This document shows positions 49,727 to 60,900 of a DNA stretch of 64,000 nt, piece after piece (the first letter of the stretch is position 1; each line of letters starts with the position of its first letter). Both the position numbers and the translations under genes were made by a program. Source of the stretch: Bugula neritina. Its lineage: Eukaryota; Animalia; Bryozoa. Location: NCBI GenBank assembly GCA_964035545.1, contig OZ037771.1:15749510-15813509 (forward strand), given 5' to 3'. The notes beneath the pieces are model-generated. The model saw only the letters and a program-made list of their open reading frames with translations. It did no database searches and had not been told where the DNA came from.

Positions 49727-51419
49727 GAGCAAGCAGCAAGCTGAACAAATTTCCATTAGCAGAGTTAGTTGATAATAAAATTATAACATCACGTGAAACA
49801 GTATGGTACATTATTGATTATAATCAAAAACACACAACAGAATGGATATGTAATTATACAGGGGTGTAAATGATATTTAGAAAAGACTGCAAATTTCCTA
49901 TACAAATAACTAGAATATTCAAAATGTGAATTAGAAACTTAAACAGATGGAAAATTTGGAATGTTTTACAATATTAGAGAATTTGCGAAATGGGGTTTGA
50001 GGTTTGAACTGAAAAACTGAAGAGAACTAACATAAAAATACTGAGAAGAAACAAAGAAAAGCTTTTACACAAATCTGAGAAACCGGGAACAGACAGAAAT
50101 GGCAAAAGTGAAGCAGAGTGAAGTGAAGACAACAGTCATAAAAGCATTCTACTGCCTGCATGTGTTACTAATCTGAATACAGCAGATGAAGTGATACATT
50201 AGAATCATTACTGACTTTGTAAACACTATTCATCAAATACAGTAGATTACAAGAAGCAGGCCGTAATGGTGAAACTGATTGCCTCGAGATATTGAGTAGT
50301 GATTTAAAAAAATCAACTTTGGCAAAATCTGAGCATGATCATGGTGTTTAAACGGTATGAAAATACTTAATAGGGGATGAGGGAATAAATTGTCAAAACT
50401 CAAAATGAGTGAATCATAATACATGCAAATTAAATGATTTTGAACTGAAAATGAGCTCAAACTGAGTAACTTAAATGAATGAAAAATAGGAACAAATTAC
50501 CATTTTAATATTACATAAACTCGAGTATGAAAATACAAAACAGATTATATTTCTATATTACCATTACCTGTTTGTCACTAGTATAAAAACAAACAAAACT
50601 GATGGAGTAAAATTTTTACTTTATTCATATTATCAATTTGAATGATGAATATAAATTTTCATAGTCATATAGTGATGGTAAAAAAGTAAAATAGTAGTGA
50701 TTATAATAATGAAAATCGATATGCATAAAACCCCATTTCCAAGAGACTAGAACAAGTACTAAAACTAGACGAACGAAATACAAATAAAAACACCCAACTT
50801 GAAATAACATTTCATTACAATTATGCCTCATGGTCATAGTCATGCGTATAAGTTACCAGAGTTATGGGAAAATAAAATAAAACGGGAGACTGGAAGAGAA
50901 TGAAAATGAGAATAATAATCAATAACATAATTTAAATTATTATCATAATGATAATCATTAGGCATTACAGTTATGATTATAATTATTAAGGTATAAGAAA
51001 AGTTGACATTATAATCATTATCGACTTTTGTTACCTAGGACTATCAATATCATATTGATATTTATTCTGATAATCAAAACAGAAATGACAACTATAACTA
51101 TTAATATTACTCTTACTGTTACTGTTAGTGTTAGTGCAAGTATTTGAGTTAGTAATAGTAGATACTAAAACTACTAACAATAGTCGAGTGAGCTACTATT
51201 ATTCTAATACTAATAGCATTACCTAAGTCAATAGACTTAGTATTGCTATTACTAACATAATCATAATGATGAAGTTAAACATAAAATGAAAGCGATCAAA
51301 ATTAAATCCAATGAGCCGGGTCTTGAAATTTAATTGAATTAGCAGTTAATACAAACATATTACCTCGGCAGAACAGAACTTGCAGAAGACATCAATGTAG
51401 GTTCAGCCGAGTGAATGAT

Positions 51420-51500
51420 GACTGGCAATCCAATTAGAACCACGATTGAACACGTGGTTGTTACGTCATGTATCATGATGCATGACTGGCCGTGCACGGC
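51420..51500 (-). promoter_or_regulatory. Promoter-like cluster (TGACGTAA, CACGTG, CCAAT) ~500 bp from the telomere
   Basis: CpG-richer patch with CRE/ATF-like, E-box and CCAAT motifs upstream of a minus-strand donor at 51364. Confidence 0.45.
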
Positions 51501-51960
51501 ATTATAATCAATGAACTGTGAATAGCGGCTGTCCATTAGTTGAACAAGTATTGAAAATGACAACATACTGAAGAGGGTGCGAGCTATAGATTAAGTGTAT
51601 AATATTAAGATAATTCATTGATCAGCAATAGAAGAGAGTGGGTGAAGCATTAAGTTTAAAAAGCAAAGCCCTAAAAAGCATTAAATATTAAATAAACCAT
51701 GAGGCCAATATACTTTGAAATATGACAAGTTTCATTCAATTTAAAATGAGGATAACTCTAACATGCTGAAGAGTGCCTGTAAGATATGATAGAAAAGTGA
51801 AATTGTATACAAAACCACCAAATGGGAAGTTATGTAAGTGGTATGTTAACCTCGATCAATGCCATCTGCTAAATTAACTCCTCATCAAATCAGTGCAGCA
51901 TTATGTATCTGATCACGAGTTTGGAATACTGGCCATATGTAAGCTTGAAGTTGCTGAGAG

Positions 51961-54900
51961 TTTGCGGTTTGGGGTTTGCGGTTTGGGGTTTGCGGTTTGG
52001 GGTTTGGGGTTTGGGGTTTGGGGTTTGGGGTTTGGGGTTTGGGGTTTGGGGTTTGGGGTTTGGGGTTTGGGGTTTGGGGTTTGGGGTTTGGGGTTTGGGG
52101 TTTGGGGTTTGGGGTTTGGGGTTTGGGGTTTGGGGTTTGGGGTTTGGGGTTTGGGGTTTGGGGTTTGGGGTTTGGGGTTTGGGGTTTGGGGTTTGGGGTT
52201 TGGGGTTTGGGGTTTGGGGTTTGGGGTTTGGGGTTTGGGGTTTGGGGTTTGGGGTTTGGGGTTTGGGGTTTGGGGTTTGGGGTTTGGGGTTTGGGGTTTG
52301 GGGTTTGGGGTTTGGGGTTTGGGGTTTGGGGTTTGGGGTTTGGGGTTTGGGGTTTGGGGTTTGGGGTTTGGGGTTTGGGGTTTGGGGTTTGGGGTTTGGG
52401 GTTTGGGGTTTGGGGTTTGGGGTTTGGGGTTTGGGGTTTGGGGTTTGGGGTTTGGGGTTTGGGGTTTGGGGTTTGGGGTTTGGGGTTTGGGGTTTGGGGT
52501 TTGGGGTTTGGGGTTTGGGGTTTGGGGTTTGGGGTTTGGGGTTTGGGGTTTGGGGTTTGGGGTTTGGGGTTTGGGGTTTGGGGTTTGGGGTTTGGGGTTT
52601 GGGGTTTGGGGTTTGGGGTTTGGGGTTTGGGGTTTGGGGTTTGGGGTTTGGGGTTTGGGGTTTGGGGTTTGGGGTTTGGGGTTTGGGGTTTGGGGTTTGG
52701 GGTTTGGGGTTTGGGGTTTGGGGTTTGGGGTTTGGGGTTTGGGGTTTGGGGTTTGGGGTTTGGGGTTTGGGGTTTGGGGTTTGGGGTTTGGGGTTTGGGG
52801 TTTGGGGTTTGGGGTTTGGGGTTTGGGGTTTGGGGTTTGGGGTTTGGGGTTTGGGGTTTGGGGTTTGGGGTTTGGGGTTTGGGGTTTGGGGTTTGGGGTT
52901 TGGGGTTTGGGGTTTGGGGTTTGGGGTTTGGGGTTTGGGGTTTGGGGTTTGGGGTTTGGGGTTTGGGGTTTGGGGTTTGGGGTTTGGGGTTTGGGGTTTG
53001 GGGTTTGGGGTTTGGGGTTTGGGGTTTGGGGTTTGGGGTTTGGGGTTTGGGGTTTGGGGTTTGGGGTTTGGGGTTTGGGGTTTGGGGTTTGGGGTTTGGG
53101 GTTTGGGGTTTGGGGTTTGGGGTTTGGGGTTTGGGGTTTGGGGTTTGGGGTTTGGGGTTTGGGGTTTGGGGTTTGGGGTTTGGGGTTTGGGGTTTGGGGT
53201 TTGGGGTTTGGGGTTTGGGGTTTGGGGTTTGGGGTTTGGGGTTTGGGGTTTGGGGTTTGGGGTTTGGGGTTTGGGGTTTGGGGTTTGGGGTTTGGGGTTT
53301 GGGGTTTGGGGTTTGGGGTTTGGGGTTTGGGGTTTGGGGTTTGGGGTTTGGGGTTTGGGGTTTGGGGTTTGGGGTTTGGGGTTTGGGGTTTGGGGTTTGG
53401 GGTTTGGGGTTTGGGGTTTGGGGTTTGGGGTTTGGGGTTTGGGGTTTGGGGTTTGGGGTTTGGGGTTTGGGGTTTGGGGTTTGGGGTTTGGGGTTTGGGG
53501 TTTGGGGTTTGGGGTTTGGGGTTTGGGGTTTGGGGTTTGGGGTTTGGGGTTTGGGGTTTGGGGTTTGGGGTTTGGGGTTTGGGGTTTGGGGTTTGGGGTT
53601 TGGGGTTTGGGGTTTGGGGTTTGGGGTTTGGGGTTTGGGGTTTGGGGTTTGGGGTTTGGGGTTTGGGGTTTGGGGTTTGGGGTTTGGGGTTTGGGGTTTG
53701 GGGTTTGGGGTTTGGGGTTTGGGGTTTGGGGTTTGGGGTTTGGGGTTTGGGGTTTGGGGTTTGGGGTTTGGGGTTTGGGGTTTGGGGTTTGGGGTTTGGG
53801 GTTTGGGGTTTGGGGTTTGGGGTTTGGGGTTTGGGGTTTGGGGTTTGGGGTTTGGGGTTTGGGGTTTGGGGTTTGGGGTTTGGGGTTTGGGGTTTGGGGT
53901 TTGGGGTTTGGGGTTTGGGGTTTGGGGTTTGGGGTTTGGGGTTTGGGGTTTGGGGTTTGGGGTTTGGGGTTTGGGGTTTGGGGTTTGGGGTTTGGGGTTT
54001 GGGGTTTGGGGTTTGGGGTTTGGGGTTTGGGGTTTGGGGTTTGGGGTTTGGGGTTTGGGGTTTGGGGTTTGGGGTTTGGGGTTTGGGGTTTGGGGTTTGG
54101 GGTTTGGGGTTTGGGGTTTGGGGTTTGGGGTTTGGGGTTTGGGGTTTGGGGTTTGGGGTTTGGGGTTTGGGGTTTGGGGTTTGGGGTTTGGGGTTTGGGG
54201 TTTGGGGTTTGGGGTTTGGGGTTTGGGGTTTGGGGTTTGGGGTTTGGGGTTTGGGGTTTGGGGTTTGGGGTTTGGGGTTTGGGGTTTGGGGTTTGGGGTT
54301 TGGGGTTTGGGGTTTGGGGTTTGGGGTTTGGGGTTTGGGGTTTGGGGTTTGGGGTTTGGGGTTTGGGGTTTGGGGTTTGGGGTTTGGGGTTTGGGGTTTG
54401 GGGTTTGGGGTTTGGGGTTTGGGGTTTGGGGTTTGGGGTTTGGGGTTTGGGGTTTGGGGTTTGGGGTTTGGGGTTTGGGGTTTGGGGTTTGGGGTTTGGG
54501 GTTTGGGGTTTGGGGTTTGGGGTTTGGGGTTTGGGGTTTGGGGTTTGGGGTTTGGGGTTTGGGGTTTGGGGTTTGGGGTTTGGGGTTTGGGGTTTGGGGT
54601 TTGGGGTTTGGGGTTTGGGGTTTGGGGTTTGGGGTTTGGGGTTTGGGGTTTGGGGTTTGGGGTTTGGGGTTTGGGGTTTGGGGTTTGGGGTTTGGGGTTT
54701 GGGGTTTGGGGTTTGGGGTTTGGGGTTTGGGGTTTGGGGTTTGGGGTTTGGGGTTTGGGGTTTGGGGTTTGGGGTTTGGGGTTTGGGGTTTGGGGTTTGG
54801 GGTTTGGGGTTTGGGGTTTGGGGTTTGGGGTTTGGGGTTTGGGGTTTGGGGTTTGGGGTTTGGGGTTTGGGGTTTGGGGTTTGGGGTTTGGGGTTTGGGG

Positions 54901-57900
54901 TTTGGGGTTTGGGGTTTGGGGTTTGGGGTTTGGGGTTTGGGGTTTGGGGTTTGGGGTTTGGGGTTTGGGGTTTGGGGTTTGGGGTTTGGGGTTTGGGGTT
55001 TGGGGTTTGGGGTTTGGGGTTTGGGGTTTGGGGTTTGGGGTTTGGGGTTTGGGGTTTGGGGTTTGGGGTTTGGGGTTTGGGGTTTGGGGTTTGGGGTTTG
55101 GGGTTTGGGGTTTGGGGTTTGGGGTTTGGGGTTTGGGGTTTGGGGTTTGGGGTTTGGGGTTTGGGGTTTGGGGTTTGGGGTTTGGGGTTTGGGGTTTGGG
55201 GTTTGGGGTTTGGGGTTTGGGGTTTGGGGTTTGGGGTTTGGGGTTTGGGGTTTGGGGTTTGGGGTTTGGGGTTTGGGGTTTGGGGTTTGGGGTTTGGGGT
55301 TTGGGGTTTGGGGTTTGGGGTTTGGGGTTTGGGGTTTGGGGTTTGGGGTTTGGGGTTTGGGGTTTGGGGTTTGGGGTTTGGGGTTTGGGGTTTGGGGTTT
55401 GGGGTTTGGGGTTTGGGGTTTGGGGTTTGGGGTTTGGGGTTTGGGGTTTGGGGTTTGGGGTTTGGGGTTTGGGGTTTGGGGTTTGGGGTTTGGGGTTTGG
55501 GGTTTGGGGTTTGGGGTTTGGGGTTTGGGGTTTGGGGTTTGGGGTTTGGGGTTTGGGGTTTGGGGTTTGGGGTTTGGGGTTTGGGGTTTGGGGTTTGGGG
55601 TTTGGGGTTTGGGGTTTGGGGTTTGGGGTTTGGGGTTTGGGGTTTGGGGTTTGGGGTTTGGGGTTTGGGGTTTGGGGTTTGGGGTTTGGGGTTTGGGGTT
55701 TGGGGTTTGGGGTTTGGGGTTTGGGGTTTGGGGTTTGGGGTTTGGGGTTTGGGGTTTGGGGTTTGGGGTTTGGGGTTTGGGGTTTGGGGTTTGGGGTTTG
55801 GGGTTTGGGGTTTGGGGTTTGGGGTTTGGGGTTTGGGGTTTGGGGTTTGGGGTTTGGGGTTTGGGGTTTGGGGTTTGGGGTTTGGGGTTTGGGGTTTGGG
55901 GTTTGGGGTTTGGGGTTTGGGGTTTGGGGTTTGGGGTTTGGGGTTTGGGGTTTGGGGTTTGGGGTTTGGGGTTTGGGGTTTGGGGTTTGGGGTTTGGGGT
56001 TTGGGGTTTGGGGTTTGGGGTTTGGGGTTTGGGGTTTGGGGTTTGGGGTTTGGGGTTTGGGGTTTGGGGTTTGGGGTTTGGGGTTTGGGGTTTGGGGTTT
56101 GGGGTTTGGGGTTTGGGGTTTGGGGTTTGGGGTTTGGGGTTTGGGGTTTGGGGTTTGGGGTTTGGGGTTTGGGGTTTGGGGTTTGGGGTTTGGGGTTTGG
56201 GGTTTGGGGTTTGGGGTTTGGGGTTTGGGGTTTGGGGTTTGGGGTTTGGGGTTTGGGGTTTGGGGTTTGGGGTTTGGGGTTTGGGGTTTGGGGTTTGGGG
56301 TTTGGGGTTTGGGGTTTGGGGTTTGGGGTTTGGGGTTTGGGGTTTGGGGTTTGGGGTTTGGGGTTTGGGGTTTGGGGTTTGGGGTTTGGGGTTTGGGGTT
56401 TGGGGTTTGGGGTTTGGGGTTTGGGGTTTGGGGTTTGGGGTTTGGGGTTTGGGGTTTGGGGTTTGGGGTTTGGGGTTTGGGGTTTGGGGTTTGGGGTTTG
56501 GGGTTTGGGGTTTGGGGTTTGGGGTTTGGGGTTTGGGGTTTGGGGTTTGGGGTTTGGGGTTTGGGGTTTGGGGTTTGGGGTTGGGTTGGGGTTTGGGGTT
56601 TGGGGTTTGGGGTTTGGGGTTTGGGGTTTGGGGTTTGGGGTTTGGGGTTTGGGGTTTGGGGTTTGGGGTTTGGGGTTTGGGGTTTGGGGTTTGGGGTTTG
56701 GGGTTTGGGGTTTGGGGTTTGGGGTTTGGGGTTTGGGGTTTGGGGTTTGGGGTTTGGGGTTTGGGGTTTGGGGTTTGGGGTTTGGGGTTTGGGGTTTGGG
56801 GTTTGGGGTTGGGGTTTGGGGTTTGGGGTTTGGGGTTTGGGGTTTGGGGTTTGGGGTTTGGGGTTTGGGGTTTGGGGTTTGGGGTTTGGGGTTTGGGGTT
56901 TGGGGTTTGGGTTTGGGGTTTGGGGTTGGGGGGTTTGGGGTTTGGGGTTTGGGTTTGGGGTTTGGGGTTTGGGGTTTGGGGTTTGGGGTTTGGGGTTTGG
57001 GGTTTGGGGGTTTGGGGTTTGGGGTTTGGGGTTTGGGGTTTGGGGTTTGGGGTTTGGGGTTTGGGGGTTTGGGGTTTGGGGTTTGGGGTTTGGGGTTTGG
57101 GGTTTGGGGTTTGGGGTTTGGGGTTTGGGGTTTGGGGTTTGGGGTTTGGGGTGTGGGGTTTGGGGTTTGGGGTTGGGGTTTGGGGTTTGGGGTTTGGGGT
57201 TTGGGGTTTGGGTTGGGTTTGGGGTTTGGGGTTTGGGGTTGGGTTTGGGGTTTGGGGTTTGGGGTTGGGGTTGGGGTTTGGGGTTTGGGGTTTGGGGTTT
57301 GGGGTTTGGGGTTTGGGGTTTGGGGTTTGGGGTTTGGGGTTTGGGGTTGGGGTTTGGGTTTGGGGTTTGGGGTTTGGGGTTTGGGGTTTGGGGTTTGGGG
57401 TTTGGGGTTTGGGGTTTGGGGTTTGGGGTTGGGGTTTGGGGTTTGGGGTTTGGGGTTTGGGTTTGGGGTTTGGGGTTTGGGGGTTTGGGTTTGGGGTTTG
57501 GGGTTTGGGGTTGGGGTTGGGGTTTGGGGTTTGGGGTTTGGGGTTTGGGGTTTGGGGTTTGGGGTTGGGGTTGGGGTTTGGGGTTGGGGTTGGGGGTTGG
57601 GGTTTGGGGTTGGGTTGGGGTTTGGGGTTGGGGTTTGGGGTTTGGGGTTGGGGTTTGGGGTTTGGGGTTTGGGGTTTGGGGTTTGGGTTGGGGTTGGGTT
57701 TGGGGTTTGGGGTTGGGGTTTGGGGTTGGGGTTTGGGGTTTGGGGTTTTGGGGTTTGGGTTTGGGGTTTGGGGTTTGGGGGTTTGGGGTTTGGGGTTTGG
57801 GGTTTGGGTTTGGGGTTTGGGGTTTGGGGTTTGGGGTTTGGGGTTTGGGTTTGGGGTTTGGGGTTTGGGGTTTGGGTGGGTTTGGGGTTTGGGGTTTGGG

Positions 57901-60900
57901 GTTTGGGGTTTGGGGTTTGGGGTTTGGGGTTTGGGGTTTGGGGTTTGGGGTTTGGGGTTTGGGGTTTGGGTTGGGGTTTGGGGTTTTGGGGTTTGGGGTT
58001 TGGGGTTTGGGTTTGGGGTTGGGGTTTGGGGTTTGGGGTTTGGGGTTTGGGGTTTGGGGTTTGGGTTGGGTTTGGGGTTTGGGGTTGGGGTTTGGGGTTT
58101 GGGGTTTGGGTTTGGGGTTGGGTTTGGGGTTTGGGGTTTGGGGTTGGGGTTTGGGGTTTGGGGTTTGGGGTTTGGGGTTTGGGGTTTGGGGTTTGGGGTT
58201 TGGGTTTGGGGTTTGGGGTTGGGGTTTGGGGTTTGGGGTTTTGGGGTTTGGGGTTTGGGGTTTGGGGTTTGGGGTTTGGGGTTTGGGGTTTGGGGTTTGG
58301 GGTTTGGGGTTTGGGGTTTGGGGTTTGGGGTTTGGGGTTGGGTTTGGGGTTTGGGGTTTGGGGTTTGGGGTTTGGGGTTTGGGGTTTGGGGTTTGGGGTT
58401 TGGGGTTTGGGGTTTGGGGTTTGGGGTTTGGGGTTGGGGTTTGGGGTTTGGGGTTTGGGGTTTGGGGTTTGGGGGTTTGGGGTTTGGGGGATTGGGGTTT
58501 GGGGTTTGGGGTGGGTTTGGGGTTTGGGGTTTGGTTGGGGGGTTTGGGGTTTGGGGGTTTGGGGTTGGGGTTTGGGGTTTGGGGTTTGGGTTTGGGGTTT
58601 GGGGTTTGGGGTTTGGGGTTTGGGGTTTGGGGTTTGGGGTTTGGGGTTTGGGGTTTGGGGTTTGGGGTTGGGGTTTGGGTTTGGGGTTTGGGGTTTGGGG
58701 TTTGGGGTTTGGGGTTTGGGGTTTGGGGTTGGGGTTTGGGGTTTGGGGTTTGGGGTTTGGGGTTTGGGGTTTGGGGTTTGGGGTTTGGGGTTTGGGGTTT
58801 GGGGTTTGGGGTTTGGGGTTTGGGGTTTGGGGTTTGGGGTTTGGGGTTTGGGGTTTGGGGTTTGGGGTTTGGGTTTGGGGTTTGGGGTTTGGGTGTTTGG
58901 GTTTGGGGTTGGGGTTTGGGGGGGGTTGGGTTTGGGGTTTGGGTTTGGGGTTTGGGTTTGGGGTTTGGGGTTTGGGGTTTGGGGTTTGGGGTTTGGGGTT
59001 TGGGTTTGGGGTTTGGGGTTTGGGGTTTGGGGTTTGGGGTTTGGGGTTTGGGGTTTGGGTTTGGGGTTGGGGTTTGGGTTTGGGGTTTGGGGTTTGGGGT
59101 TTTGGGGTTTGGGGTTTGGGGTTTGGGGTTTGGGGTTGGGGTTTGGGGTTTGGGGTTTGGGGTTTGGGGTTTGGGGTTTGGGTTTGGGGTTTGGGGTTTG
59201 GGGGTTTGGGGTTTGGGGTTTGGGGTTTGGGGTTTGGGGTTTGGGGTTTGGGGTTTGGGGTTTGGGGTTTGGGGTTTGGGGTTGGGTTTGGGGTTTGGGG
59301 TTTGGGGTTTGGGGTTTGGGGTTTGGGGTTTGGGGTTTGGGGTTTGGGGTTTGGGGTTTGGGGTTTGGGGTTTGGGGTTTGGGGTTTGGGTTTGGGGGTT
59401 TGGGGTTTGGGGTTTGGGGTTTGGGGTTTGGGGTTTGGGGTTTGGGGTTTGGGGTTTGGGGTTTGGGGTTTGGGGTTTGGGGTTTGGGGTTTGGGTTTGG
59501 GGGTTTGGGGTTTGGGGTTGGGGTTTGGGGTTTGGGGTTTGGGTTTGGGGTTTGGGTTTGGGGTTTGGGGTTTGGGTTTGGGGTTTGGGGTTTGGGGTTG
59601 GGGTTTGGGGGTTTGGGGTTTGGGGTTTGGGGTTTGGGGTTGGGGTTTGGGGTTTGGGGTTTGGGGTTTGGGGTTTGGGGTTTGGGGTTTGGGGTTTGGG
59701 GTTTGGGGTTTGGGGGTTTGGGGTTTGGGGTTTGGGGTTTGGGGTTTGGGGTTGGGGTTTGGGGGTTGGGGTTTGGGTTTGGGGTTTGGGGTTTGGGGTT
59801 TGGGGGGTTTGGGGTTGGGGTTTGGGGTTTGGGGTTTGGGGTTGGGTTTGGGGTTTGGGGTTTGGGGTTTGGGGTTTGGGGTTGGGGTTTGGGGTTTGGG
59901 GTTTGGGGTTTGGGGTTTGGGGTTTGGGTTTGGGTTTGGGGTTGGGGTTGGGGTTTGGGTTTGGGGTTTGGGGTTTGGGGTTGGGGTTTGGGGTTTGGGG
60001 TTTGGGGTTGGGGTTTGGGGTTTGGGGGTTTGGGGTTTGGGGTTTGGGTTTGGGGTTTGGGGTTTGGGGTTGGGGTTGGGGTTTGGGGTTTGGGGTTTGG
60101 GGTTGGGGTTTGGGGTTTGGGGTTTGGGTTTGGGGTTGGGGTGGGGTTTGGGGTTGGGTTTGGGGGTTTGGGGTTGGGGTTGGGGTTTGGGGTTTGGGGT
60201 TTGGGGGTTGGGTTTGGGGTTGGGGTTTGGGGTTTGGGGTTTGGGTTTGGGGTTGGGGTTTGGGGTTTGGGGTTTGGGGTTTGGGGTTTGGGGTTTGGGG
60301 TTGGGGTTTGGGGTTTGGGGTTTGGGGTTTGGGGTTTGGGGTTTGGGGTTTGGGGTTTGGGGTTTGGGGTTTGGGGTTTGGGGTTTGGGGTTTGGGGTTT
60401 GGGGTTTGGGGTTTGGGGTTTGGGGTTTGGGGTTTGGGGTTTGGGGTTTGGGGTTTGGGGTTTGGGGTTTGGGGTTTGGGGTTTGGGGTTTGGGGTTTGG
60501 GGTTTGGGGTGGGGTTTGGGGTTTGGGGTTTGGGGTTTGGGGTTTGGGGTTTGGGGTTTGGGGGGGGTTTGGGGTTTGGGGTTTGGGGTTTGGGGTTGGG
60601 GTTTGGGGTTTGGGGTTTGGGGTTGGGGGTTTGGGGTTTGGGGTTGGGTTTGGGTTGGGTTTGGGGTTTGGGGTTTGGGGTTTGGGGTTTGGGGGTTTGG
60701 GGTTTGGGGTTTGGGGTTGGGTTTGGGGGTTGGGGGTTTTGGGGTTTGGGGTTTGGGGTTTGGGGTTTGGGGTTTGGGGTTGGGGTTGGGTTTGGGTTTG
60801 GGGTTGGGGTTTGGGGTTTGGGGTTTGGGGTTTGGGGTTTGGGGTGTGGGGTTTGGGGTTTGGGGTTTGGGGTTTGGGTTTGGGGTTTGGGGTTGGGGTT

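Larger units (their letters stand above)
36945..51430 (-). ncRNA. Putative telomere-proximal, centromere-directed spliced non-coding transcript(s)
   Basis: Minus-strand donor GAG|GTAATA after 51364, exon ~49557-49412 (ctctag|...gag|gtatat), exon ~49140-49020 homologous to 34321-34437, then repeated unit-A exons. A second promoter copy lies at ~47480-47570. Confidence 0.4.

Noticed and set aside
49991-50007. TGGGGTTTGAGGTTTGA as an interstitial telomere remnant
   Set aside because: Only about two degenerate units, which is compatible with chance.
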